This document shows, in pieces, positions 1 to 13,249 of a stretch of DNA of 64,000 nt (the stretch's first letter is position 1; every line of letters starts with the position of its first letter). Origin of the DNA: Macrostomum lignano (Eukaryota); NCBI GenBank assembly GCA_002269645.1, contig NIVC01000722.1, positions 62,001 through 126,000 of the forward strand, given 5' to 3'. The notes under the pieces were generated by a model. The model ran no database searches, was not told where the DNA came from, and saw only the letters and a program-made list of their open reading frames with translations. The position numbers were made by a program, and so were the translations under genes.

Positions 1-287
1 TTAAGAAAAACTAACTATTTTGATAATCAGCAGTTACTATATTAGCAAAAATAGGGACATTTATAAAACAATCCTATAATCTATATAAATGAACAAATGG
101 TATTGTTTAATAAATAAAATTCAATTCAAAAATATTTTTTATTTACAACATAAGATCAACTATATAAAACTCATAAGACACAAAAGGTAATTTTATAGGT
201 GTAGTCAAATGCTTTAATTTTCTAGTATAGTTTAGTAATTTAGAGGCCTTGGCATTAATTTATTAGGTGATTTGTATTGTTGTATTG

Positions 288-488
288 AGAGCCAAAGGAG
301 AAAATGTGACTTGGTTTATGAGATTTGACTCTTTTATTCAAGTTTGATTTTTAGATATATAAGCTAAGCATTGTATTTTACATATATATAGCAGTAAAAA
401 TTGAAAAAACAGGTTGCCATTTTCATTTTTATGAGATAATTACAATTTGGTCTAAGGTAACCAAGTCATTCTTTCTGCCTTTGGCTCT
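288..488. repeat. Imperfect ~30-bp inverted repeat pair (MITE-like)
   Basis: AGAGCCAAAGGAGAAAATGTGACTTGGTT (288-316) versus the reverse complement of 459-488 (AGAGCCAAAGGCAGAAAGAATGACTTGGTT), separated by ~140 bp. Confidence 0.55.
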
Positions 489-1458
489 AGGTTCAACTAT
501 GCAAACACAGTAAGTCAATGTTAGGGTCACTAGGCTACTCTAGGTATTGCAACATATTGGGAAAATAATGCTGTAGTTATTTGTTTAGCACTAGAAAGAA
601 ACACAAACTTTCTTTTTCTATCTTTCTAGTACTAGACATTAATAAAGGCCATGGTAAGATTAAATAAGAGCTACTCTACTATGCAATATTCTTAAAATGC
701 ATTGATTTTAGATAAAAAATATAAAATAACATGAGGAGTATTTAGCCTGTTAATAAAGCAAGTTTAAAATATTTAAATAGCTGTACCCTTTTTATTATAT
801 CTGCATTTTTATAAATCATATATGGCATATTACTAGTGTTTGTCAAAAATAAAAATATGCTTATATTAGAAGGCAGTTATAATCAAAATTTTTCTTAATC
901 ATATCCATATCTATGCTTAATTTTTTTCTTGTAGCCTATCTGTAGCTTTGTAGTTAATTTCATATAACTTCCCATGGCTATGTACCTATAAATGACCTTC
1001 ATGGGCTCTTTATGCTAGCTTGGTCTGAATTATTCTTAACTTTAGCCTCCACTACCCCAACCATAAAAAGTGCATGTGGCATAAAAAATCTGTTGCTTGA
1101 GTCCCAAACCCTAGTGACTTTGTATATTCTTTATATTATATTTTTGAAAGATAATTTGACATTGTATAACCCTATACTTTGCAGACTATGAGTTAATTAT
1201 TTGTCAGTTGAACTAATCAAACTTGCCTACAATGGCACAGCAAAAGCATGCATTCTCTGGCAGCACTGTGTATGCCGAACAGTTTAAGTAAGTTGATTAT
1301 TTTTTACTATATTATTAAATTAACAGTAGTACTTTTTACCCACTTCAACATTGCTGTGCCCGAATATTATAAGCGCGCACTATCACAGGCGCGCAATAGC
1401 ACAAGCGCGCAATGTCATAAGCGCGCAATATCATGAGCTTGTGCTACTGCGCTCCTAT

Positions 1459-4400
1459 ATGATAATGCGCGCTCCGCAATGTGTCCCTGGTATGTGAGCT
1501 GAGCTCTAGCAATGAATAAGCACAAACCTATCTGGCGCCATTCGCAGCGAGAGCACCCTAGTTGACAACCTGCTGGTTCTGTTTAACGACGTTGTCTCAA
1601 CTACGGCGGCCGCCGCCGCTCGCGGTGGCGGCTCCTCCAGCTCGCAATCGACAACGCCGCCGGCTTTCGCCAGTGCCGGCAGCTCAGCCGAGGATTGCCA
1701 GCTGCACCAGCACCATCTCAACCAGCAGCTGCAGCAGCAGCAGAACAATCATCATGGCAGTTGCGGATTGCAGCAGCACCAGAGCCAGAGGCGGCTGCAC
1801 TATGAGCAGGTGCGATGGGCCAAGTTCGATCAGCTGAGCGCCAGCGATCTGGTCGCTGAATCGGCTGCTTATCACGATGAGGCATCGACACCCCTGCTGC
1901 TGCTGCTGGGCCTTGATCAGGTTTGTGTCACGGCCAGTGGATCATTCATTTCATGCTACTTTTTTCGGGATCAGATCGCCTGTGTATGGTGGCTGCTAAC
2001 ATCACAGGTCCCAGATTCTAGATGCTGAATCCCAAATCCCCAATGTGTGGGATCCTGAATTCCAAAATCCCTAATGAGTGGGATGCTGAATCCCAAATTC
2101 CCAGTGTGTGGGATGCTAAATCCCAAAATCCCTAATGAGCGGGATGCTGAATCACAAATCCCAATGTGCAATATGCTGAATCACAAATCCCAATGTGGGA
2201 TGCGGCATAATAATCCATTTCCCTAATTTGATGGTGCTTATTTATCAGACTCCCTTTTTCGCTCCCATTGGCTTAGTATTGACGGTTAATACCAGTAGAA
2301 CCCGAAAATGAACCAACGAAGCCCCATTTCAACTGCAGGGTCTGCAAGTCTGGCTGCTCAGGCCTGGCGGGGATGCTCAGCTGGCCATGCGGCTCGGGCA
2401 TTGTCCGGCCCGAGTCGCCTGTCTGCTGCCGAGTCCGCGCGGCTCTCAAGATGCCGCCTCGGATCGCTACCGGGCCCAGCGGCCCCTCCTGGCCGTCTGC
2501 TGGGCCCGGCCGGGCTCGGACAATTCGGCCAATTTCATATCATTGCGCAGCCACGAATCCGTCCGCGAGGCGGCCAGCGAAGCCGCCGAACCAATTCAAC
2601 AGATTGTGGCCAGCAGGCGGCGAGTTGTGCTGGCGCACGGCGGCGCGGAGCCTCGAGTCCTGGTGCTCGGCGCTCACGATCTGGCCAAATTGGCCGTGCT
2701 GTCCGGCCTGTGCTGTCCGGCTGGCTCGCTTCCGCTGGCTCTGTCCGACCGTTGGCTGGCTTACGCCGATCGGGCTCTGCGTCCGCAGCGTCGCTCGGTG
2801 CACCAGCTGGCTAGCGAAGCTCTGGACGCTCCGCCAATGACGTCGGTGCTGCGTTCGGTGACGGCGTTTTTCAGCGGAGGCGGCGGCGGTGGTGGCAGCA
2901 GCGGTAGTAGCGGAACCGGTTCCGGCGGCGGAAGTGGAGGCGGATCTGGCGGAAAAAGTGGCGGACAATCCGGCGTTGTTACTGTGCTGGATCTGGGCCG
3001 GCTGAGCAGCGGGGCCATTGTCAGGTGCGCTTGTTAGATTGCTAGTCTATATGCGGTGGATTGATAGTTTATATGCGGTGGATTGCTAGTCTATATGCGG
3101 TGGATTGCTTGTCTATATGCGGTGGATTGCTAGTCTATATGCTGTGGATTGCTAGTCTATGTGCGGTGGATTGCTAGTCTATATGTGGTGGATTGCTAGT
3201 CTATATGCGGTGGATTGCTAGTCTATATGCTGTGGATTGCTAGTCTATATGCGGTGGATTGCTAGTCTATATGCTGTGGATTGCTAGTCTATATGCTGTG
3301 GATTGCTAGTCTATATGCTGTGGATTGCTAGTCTATGTGCGGTGAATTGCTAGTCTATATGCTGTGGATTGCTAGTCAATGTGCGGTGGATTGATAGTCT
3401 ATGTGCGGTGGATTGATTGCTAGTCTATATACGGTGGATTGCTAGTCTATATGCTGTGGATTGCTAGTCTATATGCGGTGGATTGCTAGTCTCTATGCGG
3501 TGGATTGCTAGTCTATATGCTGTGGATTGCTAGTCTATGTGCGGTGGATTGCTAGTCTATATGCGGTGGATTGCTAGTCTATATGCGGTGGATTGCTAGT
3601 CTATGTGCTGTGGATTGCTAGTCTATATGCGGTGGATTGCTAGTCTATATGCGGTAGATTGCTAGTCTATATGCGGTGGATTGCTTGTCTATATGCGGTA
3701 GATTGCTAGTCTATATGCGGTGGATTGCTAGTCTATATGCGGTAGATTGCTAGTCTATATGCGGTGGATTGCTTGTCTATATGCGGTGGATTGCTAGTCT
3801 ACATAACAATGGATTGCTAGTCTGTATGCTGTGGATTGCTAGTCTATATGCGGTGGATTGCTAGTCTATATGCGGTGGATTGCTAGTCTATATGCTGTGG
3901 ATTGCTAGTCTATATGCGGTGGATTGCTAGTCTATATGCGGTGGATTGCTAGTCTATATGCGGTGGATTGCTAGTCTATATGCGGTGGATTGCTAGTCTA
4001 TATGCGGTGGATTGCTAGTCTACATAACAATGGATTGCTAGTCTATATAAAATGGACTGCTAGTCTATATACAATGGATTGCTAGTCTATATAAAATGGA
4101 TTGCTAGTCTATATACAATGGATTGCTAGTCTATATAAAATGGATTGCTAGTCTATATAAAATGGATTGCTAGTCTATATAAAATGGACTGCTAGTCTAT
4201 ATACAATGGATTGCTAGTCTATATAAAATGGATTGCTAGTCTATATAAAATGGATTGCTAGTCTATATACAATGGATTGCTAGTCTATATAAAATGGATT
4301 GCTAGTCTATATAAAATGGATTGCTAGTCTATATACAATGGATTGCTAGTCTATATACAATGGATTGCTAGTCTATATAGAATGGATTGCTAGTCTATAT

Positions 4401-7400
4401 AGAATGGATTGCTAGTCCCACAGATTGCTAACTATATACATACGACTATATTAAATATATGCTATTGATTACTAATCTACACCATGGATTGCTAATTTAT
4501 GCACTGGATTGCTAATTGGGTTGCTAATCTATGCATTGGATTGCTAATCTATGCATTGGATTGCTAATCTATACATTGGATTGCTAATCTATGCATTGGA
4601 TTGCTAATCTATGCATTGGATTGCCAATCTATACATTGGATTGCTAATCTATGCATTGGATTGCTAATCTATGCATTGGATTGCCAATCTATACATTGGA
4701 TTGCTAATCTATGCATTGGATTGCTAATCTATACATTGGATTGCTAATCTATGCATTGGATTGCCAATCTATACATTGGATTGCTAATCTATGCATTGGA
4801 TTGCTAATCTATGCATTGGATTGCTAATCTATACATTGGATTGCTAATCTATACATTGGATTGCCAATCTATACATTGGATTGCTAATCTATGCATTGGA
4901 TTGCTAATCTATGCATTGGATTGCTAATCTATGCATTGGATTGCTAATCTATGCATTGGATTGCTAATCTATGCATTGGATTGCTAATCTATGCATTGGA
5001 TTGCTAATCTATACATTGGATTGCTAATCTATGCATTGGATTGCTAATCTATACATTGGATTGCAAATCTATACATTGGATTGCTAATCTATACATTGGA
5101 TTGCAAATCTATACATTGGATTGCTAATCTATGCATTGGATTGCTAATCTATGTATTGGATTGCTAATCTATGCATTGGATTGCTAATTTATGCACTGGA
5201 TTGCTAATCTATACATTGGATTGCTAATCTATGCATTGGATTGCTAATCTATGCATTGGATTGCTAATCTTTGCATTGGATTGCTAATCTTTGCATTGGA
5301 TTGCTAATCTATACCATAAATTCGATGTATTTGCATAGTTATTCATTGAGTAAAACAAATTTTTCTGTAGTAGTTGTAACATTACTACTAAACAAGTAGT
5401 AAAGACATCAATTTAACACCAGCGCTCCCTAAACCCGCCACCGCAGAGATCCTCACGAATCGAGCGTTACAGCGGCGGCCATGGTGGCCCACTTTGTTGC
5501 CCACGCCGGCCCGCTGGCCTGGCTAGCCTGGGACCCGGCCGGCGGCCTGCTACTCACGGCCGACACTTCCGCTCGCTACTTTCACGTGTTCCGCCTTCAG
5601 GCGCATCCGCTCAGCTGCACGGCCACCTCTGTGCAGCTTCTGTACAGGCTTTACCGCGGCGAGACCCCCGCCAGCGTGCAGGACGCCGTATTCTCTCGCG
5701 ACTCCCGCTGGGTGGCCGTGTCCACTAATCACGGCACTACTCACGTGTTTCCTATTTGTCCTTACGGTGGCCCGGCTAACTGGAGGACTCACGGTGGACC
5801 CCAGGTGGGTGTATTAGCATTGTGAATACCTATGGTCGTCTGGATTTTCTCATGGGGATCTGGGAGTTTGATATCCCCTATCACGGGGATCTGGGAGTTT
5901 GATATCCCCTATCATGGGGATCTGGGAGTTTGATATCCCCTATCATGGGGATCTAGGAGTTTGATATCCCCTATCATGGGGATCTGAGAGTTTGATATCC
6001 CCTATCATGGGTATCTAGGAGTTTGATATCCCCTATCATGGGGATCTGGGAGTTTGATATCCCCTATCATGGGGATCTGGGAGTTTGATATCCCCTATCA
6101 CGGGGATCTGGGAGTTTGATATCCCCTATCATGGGGATCTAGGAGTTTGATATCCCCTATCATGGGGATCTAGGAGTTTTATATCCCCTATCATGGGGAT
6201 CTAGGAGTTTTATATCCCCTATCATGGGGATCTAGGAGTTTTATATCCCCTATCATGGGGATCTAGGAGTTTTATATCCCCTATCATGGGGATCTAGGAG
6301 TTTTATATCCCCTATCATGGGGATCTGAGAGTTTGATATCCCCTAGCATGGGGATCTGGGAGTTTGATATCCTCTATCATGGATCTGGGAGTTTAATATC
6401 CCTACCATGGGGATCTGGAAGTTTGATATCCCTATCATCTGGGAGTTTGATATCCCAGACCCCAGATCCCCAGATATGGGGATTTGGGAGTTTGATATAT
6501 CCTATCAAGGGGATCTGGGAGTTTGATATCCCCTAGCATGGGGATCTGGGAGTTTGATATCCCTATCATGGAGATCTGGGCATCTTGCAATGTTACGAGT
6601 ATATTTGTCGCTAAATGAATGCAATGATGCAAAGTCAGATAGATTAGAACTAATGATACGAGTTTAAGAACGGTATTTTTCAAGTTCTTACTAGTTGTCA
6701 ACATGTATTAACCGCCGACCAATCGCTATTGAAGATTCGCTTTATACTCTTTACTTGCTACTATTCAGTAGGGAGTAGGCGATGAAAATATTGTATTAAA
6801 TTTTTAACTTAAATCTTCAACTTCCAGGTGGTGAACCGGGCCTCCTGCTACCAGAAGACCAGCGGCTTTGAGCCGCAGTCACAGTCCAAGCCAGTAGTGC
6901 AGTCTCCGTTAGCCCAGGTGAAGCTCCAACCGGCGACAACATCAAAGGCTGCCGGAGCTTCTTCGTCCTCCTCCTCCTCCTCGTCGTCGTTGGCCTCGTC
7001 CGGCTCGATTGGCGGCATCTGCAAAGCGGCCGTGTTCGCCCCGGCCCGCGCCAATCCGCATGCCGATGCCGCAGCCGCCTCCGCCTCGGCCTTGCGCGAT
7101 GCCGCGCCAGCGGAGTCTCTGTTCGTGTTCACCGGGCCGGCCTGCTGCAGCGAGCACAGTCTAGATGTTCAGCCGAAGCTGCCGCTGCCGCAGGGATTCA
7201 CCGTTGACCGGGCGCCTCCGGATCAGCCTGTCGAGCTGGACTGCCGGCCAGTGGCCCTGTGGCGTCTGGCCGCTCCGCCCGGCTGTCCGCAGGGCAGCCA
7301 CCCGGCCCTGCTGCGGGCCAGCGACTATCCGACGGCCGACTCTCTGCCGGCCGCGGACGCCCGATCGCGCGAGTCGCTGGCCTCGGACAGCAGTCGGAGC

Positions 7401-7898
7401 AGTTACAACTACGAGGAGTCCTGGCCTAGCCAGGTAGAGATCACCTGCCATCTTGGTCCGGCCAGGCGGCTGTGGATGGGGCCGCAGTTTGCATTCCGCA
7501 CCTATCAGGATCCCGAGGCCGCCGTGGCCTCTGCGAATTCCGCGCCAACCGCTTCGGCTGCCTCGTCGGCGTCGCTGACTGCCACGGCGTCGGCGCCGGC
7601 GCCTGTCCGACGTCGGGCGAGCAGCTCGGGTTCGAGCGCCGCCTCTGGCCGGCTGCAGATCGAAGGCGGCTCGTACACGGAGCCGGGCCCGCTGCTGCAG
7701 CGAGCCCTGCTGCACTCGTCCAATCCGTCATCGTCTCTGGGCTCGGACAGTCTGCTGCTGCTGAACGACGCCATTCAGGACTGTCGATCGCCGTCGCCCA
7801 CAGCCGCCATTGTCGGTTCGTCTGTTGTTTCAGTCGCCGCCGAACCCAACGCCGTTGTCGGCTTTCGCGACGAGGATTTTCAAGAGTCCTGGGAGTGA
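1459..7898 (+). CDS. BCAS3: BCAS3 / Rudhira-like WD40 (PROPPIN-related) protein, ~840 aa. Exons 1459-1493 (tentative), 1548-1920, 2339-3024, 5447-5804, 6828-7898
   Basis: Spliced translation shows BCAS3 motifs: EQVRWAKFD, LLLLLGLDQ/GLQVW, LALSDRWLAYAD, VAHFVAH, LYRLYRGETPASVQD..FSRDSRWVAVST..GTTHVFPICPYGG, VVNR, WPSQVEITCHLGPARRLWMGPQFAF. GT-AG junctions have matching phases (2,0,2,0) and the total of 2523 nt is divisible by 3. The first mini-exon and 54-nt intron are inferred from similarity of MRAPQCV to BCAS3 RPQAV as recalled. Confidence 0.92.
2010..2205. repeat. Imperfect ~30-bp minisatellite, BCAS3 intron 2
   Basis: About six copies of GATGCTGAATCCCAAATCCC(C/T)AATG(T/A)GTGG. Confidence 0.85.
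3036..4420. repeat. 22-bp minisatellite, BCAS3 intron 3 (two sub-arrays)
   Basis: TGGATTGCTAGTCTATATGCGG switches at ~4030 to ATGGATTGCTAGTCTATATAAA/ACA. Confidence 0.95.
4500..5310. repeat. 20-bp minisatellite, BCAS3 intron 3
   Basis: TGGATTGCTAATCTAT(G/A)CAT in perfect 20-bp register, about 40 copies. Confidence 0.95.
5850..6585. repeat. 31-bp minisatellite, BCAS3 intron 4
   Basis: ATCATGGGGATCTGGGAGTTTGATATCCCCT; each unit contains the inverted pair GGGGAT...ATCCCC. Confidence 0.95.
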
Positions 7899-8137
7899 GC
7901 AGGGGTGCTGTCTGTGGTTTGGGTCTCATTGACCTGTTCTCTCTAGTTGTTGACCAGCTACTGAATGTGCAGGGGGGGGGGTTTCCTTTGGTGCCGATTC
8001 GTGTCAGGAGTTCTTGACGGTTTTTAATGGTATCTTTTTCTGGCTTTTATTAACCTTATGATTGATTTGATTAATTCTTTGATTTGCTTGATTGATTTGA
8101 AATAATGCAAATCTATGCAGGTATTCAACATAGGTGT

Positions 8138-9575
8138 GAAGGAATGGAATGGATTGCTAATCTAGCCTGCATCAATGATGAAGGAATGGAATGGATTGCT
8201 AATCTAGCCTGCATCAATGATGAAGGAATGGAATGGATTGCTAATCTAGCCTGCATCAATGATAAAGGAATAGAATGGATTGCTAATCTAGCCTACATCA
8301 ATAATGAAGGAATAGAAAGGATTGCTAATCTAGCCTACATCAATGATGAAGGAATAGAATGGATTGCTAATCTAGCCTACATCAATAATGAAGGAATAGA
8401 ATGGATTGCTAATCTAGCCTACATCAATGATGAAGGAATAGAATGGATTGCTAATCTAGCCTGCATCAATGATGAAGGAATGGAATGGATTGCTAATCTA
8501 GCCTACATCAATGATGAAGGAATGGAATGGATTGCTAATCTAGCCTACATCAATGATGAAGGAATGGAATGGATTGCTAATCTAGCCTGCATCAATGATG
8601 AAGGAATGGAATGGATTGCTAATCTAGCCTGCATCAATGATGAAGGAATGGAATGGATTGCTAATATAGCCTACATCAATAAATGAAGGAATGGAATGGA
8701 TTGCTAATCTAGCCTACATCAATAATGAAGGATGGAATGGATTGCTAATCTAGCCTACATCAATGATGAAGGAATAGAATGGATTGCTAATCTAGCCTAC
8801 ATCAGTGAAGGAATAGAATGGATTGCTAATCTAGCCTACATCAGTGAAGGAATAGAATGGATTGCTAATCTAGCCTACATCAGTGAAGGAATCGAATGGA
8901 TTGCTAATCTAGCCTACATCAATGATGAAGGAATAGAATGAATTGCTAATCTAGCCTACATCAATGATGAAGGAATAGAATGAATTGCTAATCTAGCCTA
9001 CATCAGTGAAGGAATCGAATGGATTGCTAATCTAGCCTACATCAATGATGAAGGAATAGAATGGATTGCTAATCTAGCCTACATCAATGATGAAGGAATA
9101 GAATGAATTGCTAATCTAGCCTACATCAATGATGAAGGAATAGAATGGATTGCTAATCTAGCCTACATCAATGATGAAGGAATAGAATGAATTGCTAATC
9201 TAGCCTACATCAATGATGAAGGAATAGAATGGATTGCTAATCTAGCCTACATCAATGATGAAGGAATAGAATGGATTGCTAATCTAGCCTACATCAATGA
9301 TGAAGGAATAGAATGGTTTGCTAATCTAGCCTACATCAATGAAGGAATAGAATGGATTGCTAATCTAGCCTACATCAGTGAAGGAATAGAATGGATTGCT
9401 AATCTAGCCTACATCAATGATGAAGGAATAGAATGAATTGCTAATCTAGCCTACATCAATGATGAAGGAATAGAATGAATTGCTAATCTAGCCTACATCA
9501 ATAATGAAGGATGGAATGGATTGCTAATCTAGTCTACATCAATAATGAAGGATGGAATGGATTGCTAATCTAGCC
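8138..9575. repeat. 42-bp (with 39-bp variants) minisatellite downstream of BCAS3
   Basis: GAAGGAAT(A/G)GAATGGATTGCTAATCTAGCCT(A/G)CATCAATGAT; generates the spurious EGMEWIANLACIND ORFs. Confidence 0.95.
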
Positions 9576-10391
9576 AATGGTAGAAGTTACATATCAATAC
9601 CGTACAGTAAGTGGTGTTATTCTGTAACCGCTTCACCAATTTACAGTACAACCATGCTTATACGAGTCGCCCGCTGACTCATAACTTTTATTGCCCCTGC
9701 TATCACTGTGCGGGTCAGTCTTATTTTGACAAAGAAATTTTATTGTGATAATAAAATTAGTCACTTGTAAATACTTTAAATAAGTAAATATACTAATTTT
9801 TCATAAGTATTTGAACTTAAATAATTCTCTGCTTATTCTGTACATATCGAACTCCAGTTTGATTAGGCCGCGTCTTACCTAATAGTACAAATATTAGTGT
9901 GTGTACTTTTATGGCCTTTGCAAACACAAATTGCGCCATATATCTTGATCAATCGATATTAACACTGCAATGGATAAGAACTATTAGAAAGTTCCGAGCA
10001 CGATGTCAAAATCGAATTTTATTGGTGAATTGGTGTTCTAATATTTTTTTTTCAATTTTATAATAATTTCCGTTCTTTCGTTAGACAGTTGCGCTGATAT
10101 GCAATTAATGCACAATTGTCATCAGTTGTTTGTGAATAAATACTGCCTATTGCTACTGATTCCATTGATTCTCTATTGCGCTGTTCCTTCTCTGATAATA
10201 TGCCTTATCTATATCCGCTTATATATATTTATATCTATATTTATAGCTTCATTTTTTAGTTCTTGCTTTCCTTAAACCAGCTTAGGGCTGGCCTGTCTTT
10301 AACGTTGTGATCGCTATAAAGGTGCTCCTGCTGGCTGACTTGGGAGCAGTAGAGTGGTGGTGCTCGTGTGAGGAGGTGACTAGGCTAGTAG

Positions 10392-10550
10392 TGGCTGTAG
10401 TTTATTCGTTAGAGCGTCAGACTCACGACTGAAAGGTCGGGGGTTCGATTCTCGACCCACTTGGAACAATCTGTGTCCTTGAGCAAGACACTTGTAAAAT
10501 GGGTGCCAGCATTAGCTGGGGTAATTGAGGGTGTTATGTGGCGACCCCCC
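10392..10550 (+). mobile_element. tRNA-derived SINE-like copy (degenerate)
   Basis: tRNA-like head with a box-A-like GTAGTTTATTCGTTAG and box B GGTTCGATTC (~10442), followed by TGTGTCCTTGAGCAAGACACTT and GTAAAATGGGTGCC, motifs typical of conserved central domains of metazoan tRNA-SINEs. Confidence 0.6.
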
Positions 10551-11414
10551 AGTACGCAGCCTTCAGATGCTATCATTCATTTTGGGCTTGTGCACAGAGC
10601 CTAGAGAGCATTGATTGCTCATACAACTAAGTCAGTAGGACCACGTGAAAGTTCTTGTAGAAAAAGATACTTGGCGTATGAACTTCATTACTAATTGTTT
10701 GTTTATGATTTATTTAATTAGTGTCACCAGCATTAGCCATCAGCTTGCTTTTCTAATCATTTTTAGATTGGCTAATAAATCCTAGTGAATTCCTGTACTT
10801 TATGACTTGGTGAACTTGACAGATTTCCACTATATACTACTCTGTGCGTGTGGCTTTGGTTTAGTAGTATGGTGCGGATAATAATTAATGTTGGTCTGAT
10901 TTTTTCTCTGCCATTTCTATTTACCAATAATGTATTTATCAATACTGAAGTTGCTTGTTGTAATTATTGAAAACTTATCTACTTTTTTATCTTCTAAGTC
11001 TTCGCTGAGTCAAATTATTGAATTTTTTATACAGGGATTTAGGTGCTGCATGATTAATGTCTAGTAACCTGGCCGCTTTTGCTTGTTTAATAATTTTCCT
11101 TTTTTATGAATCCTACGGTATTCTATAGCCGTATGTGGCGTTTTTCTCGGCTAAAACTTTGAACGGACTCGTTCTTGTGCGTGTTTGTTTAAATGGACGA
11201 GGGCTTTAACAGATGTTCTTTGTTAATTTTCTTCAGGCCGGTTCTATTCAGAGCTAAATAATAATAATAATTGCTGTCGCCTTTTTCAAAAATAGACTAT
11301 GCATCTCTTTGACTAAATGATTTGTTTAATACTCTTGCATAAGTTGTGCTGCCATTCTGCTTCCTTTCTTGTGTAGCCAGTTTTTATGTAGATTTGTAGG
11401 AAACTTTTTTGTTT

Positions 11415-12770
11415 CAGATTAGCAGATTTGTAGGACTGTGTTTTGGCAGATTTGTAGGACTGTGTTTTGGCAGATTTGTAGGACTGTGTTTTGGCAGATT
11501 GTAGAACTGTGTTTTGGCAGATTTGTAGGACTGTGTTTTGGCAGATTTGTAGGACTGTGTTTTGGCAGATTTGTAGGTCTGTGTTTTGGCAGATTTGTAG
11601 GAATGTGTTTTGGCAGACTTGTAGGACTGTGTTTTGGCAGACTTGTAGGACTGTGTTTTGGCAGATTGTAGGACTGTGTTTTGGCAGACTTGTAGGACTG
11701 TGTTTTGGCAGATTGTAGGACTGTGTTTTGGCAGATTTGTGGGACTGTGTTTTGGCAGATTTGTAGGACTGTGTTTTGGCAGATTTGTAGGACTGTGTTT
11801 TGGCAGATTTGTAGGACTGTGTTTTGGCAGATTTGTAGGACTGTGTTTTGGCAGATTTGTAGGACTGTGTTTTGGCAGATTTGTAGGACTGTGTTTTGGC
11901 AGATTTGTAGGACTGTGTTTTGGCAGATTTGTAGGACTGTGTTTTGGCAGATTTGTAGGACTGTGTTTTGGCAGATTTGTAGGACTGTGTTTTGGCAGAT
12001 TTGTAGGACTGTGTTTTGGCAGATTTGTAGGACTGTGTTTTGGCAGATTTGTAGGACTGTGTTTTGGCAGATTTGTAGGACTGTGTTTTGGCAGATTTGT
12101 AGGACTGTGTTTTGGCAGATTTGTAGGACTGTGTTTTGGCAGATTTGTGGGACTGTGTTTTGGCAGATTTGTGGGACTGTGTTTTGGCAGATTTGTAGGA
12201 CTGTGTTTTGGCAGATTTGTAGGACTGTGTTTTGGCAGATTTGTAGGACTGTGTTTTGGCAGATTTGTAGGACTGTGTTTTGGCAGATTTGTAGAACTGT
12301 GTTTTGGCAGATTTGTAGGACTGTGTTTTGGCAGATTTGTAGGACTGTGTTTTGGCAGATTTGTAGGACTGTGTTTTGGCAGATTTGTAGGACTGTGTTT
12401 TGGCAGATTTGTAGGACTGTGTTTTGGCAGATTTGTAGGACTGTGTTTTGGCAGATTTGTAGGACTGTGTTTTGGCAGATTTGTAGGACTGTGTTTTGAC
12501 AGATTTATGGGACTGTGTTTTGGCAGATTTGTAGGACTGTGTTTTGGCAGATTTGTAGGACTGTGTTTTGGCAGATTTATGGGGCTGTGTTTTGGCAGAT
12601 TTGTAGAACTGTGTTTTGGCAGATTTGTAGGACTGTGTTTTGACAGATTTATGGGACTGTGTTTTGGCAGATTTGTAGAACTGTGTTTTGGCAGATTTGT
12701 AGAACTGTGTTTTGGCAGATTGTAGAACTGTGTTTTGGCAGATTTGTAGAACTGTGTTTTGGCAGACTTT
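11415..12770. repeat. 24-bp minisatellite (highly homogeneous)
   Basis: GGCAGATTTGTAGGACTGTGTTTT, about 55 copies; source of the KTQSYKSA and related repeat ORFs. Confidence 0.97.
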
Positions 12771-13249
12771 AGCAAATTTGTGAGGATTTGTGTGTAGAAT
12801 TGTAATTAGCAGATTTGTAGGACTTTTAGGCATTTTTTAGAAATCAGTTGGTAAAGTTTTGTTTCTTGTAAAAGTAAGGAACTCTGCCGCATCCTTGATG
12901 ACTTTGAAGTGGCTTTGATCCTGACTCAGATACCTCCGATCCCGTCCCTCACCTAACCGATCCGCCTCTTTATACAGTTCCCACTTGTGCGTGCGCCCTT
13001 GTCGGCTTGTCAACTAATCCCCAGAGTGGAGAGAGAGGGGAGAAGCAAGACGCAACAACACCCTTGGCTAGAAGGATTTGGTCACGCAGTCTCCATTCTG
13101 AGCTGGCCTGGCCTTTTGTACCTGAAATTTTCTCCCAGCAGCTTTTTCATCTTCTATACTCCCCATGATGCAGCAGTTGGTCCAGGGAGACCTTTGACTA
13201 GAAATCTGGTGCACCCCAACTCTTGCAGATAGGCTTAACAAATCATTTA

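Noticed and set aside
1512-1565. Out-of-frame ATG (MNKHKPIWRHSQREHPS*) ending in CCT AGT TGA, resembling an antizyme/EST3-like +1 frameshift into BCAS3
   Set aside because: BCAS3 similarity continues upstream of this stop in the main frame, and a 54-nt GT-AG intron (1494-1547) joins an in-frame ATG at 1459 without any recoding.
8105-8941. ORFs with EGMEWIANLACIND repeats resembling a repeat protein
   Set aside because: They are translations of a 42-bp minisatellite that acquires in-frame TGA stops in later units; no splice or domain support.
10392-10460. Functional tRNA gene (also 34116-34190)
   Set aside because: A/B boxes are present but there is no consistent cloverleaf or acceptor stem, and SINE-type body sequence follows.
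11313-12833. 506-aa and 453-aa ORFs, and overlapping ORFs on both strands
   Set aside because: Open in multiple frames only because the 24-bp unit lacks stops; artefact.
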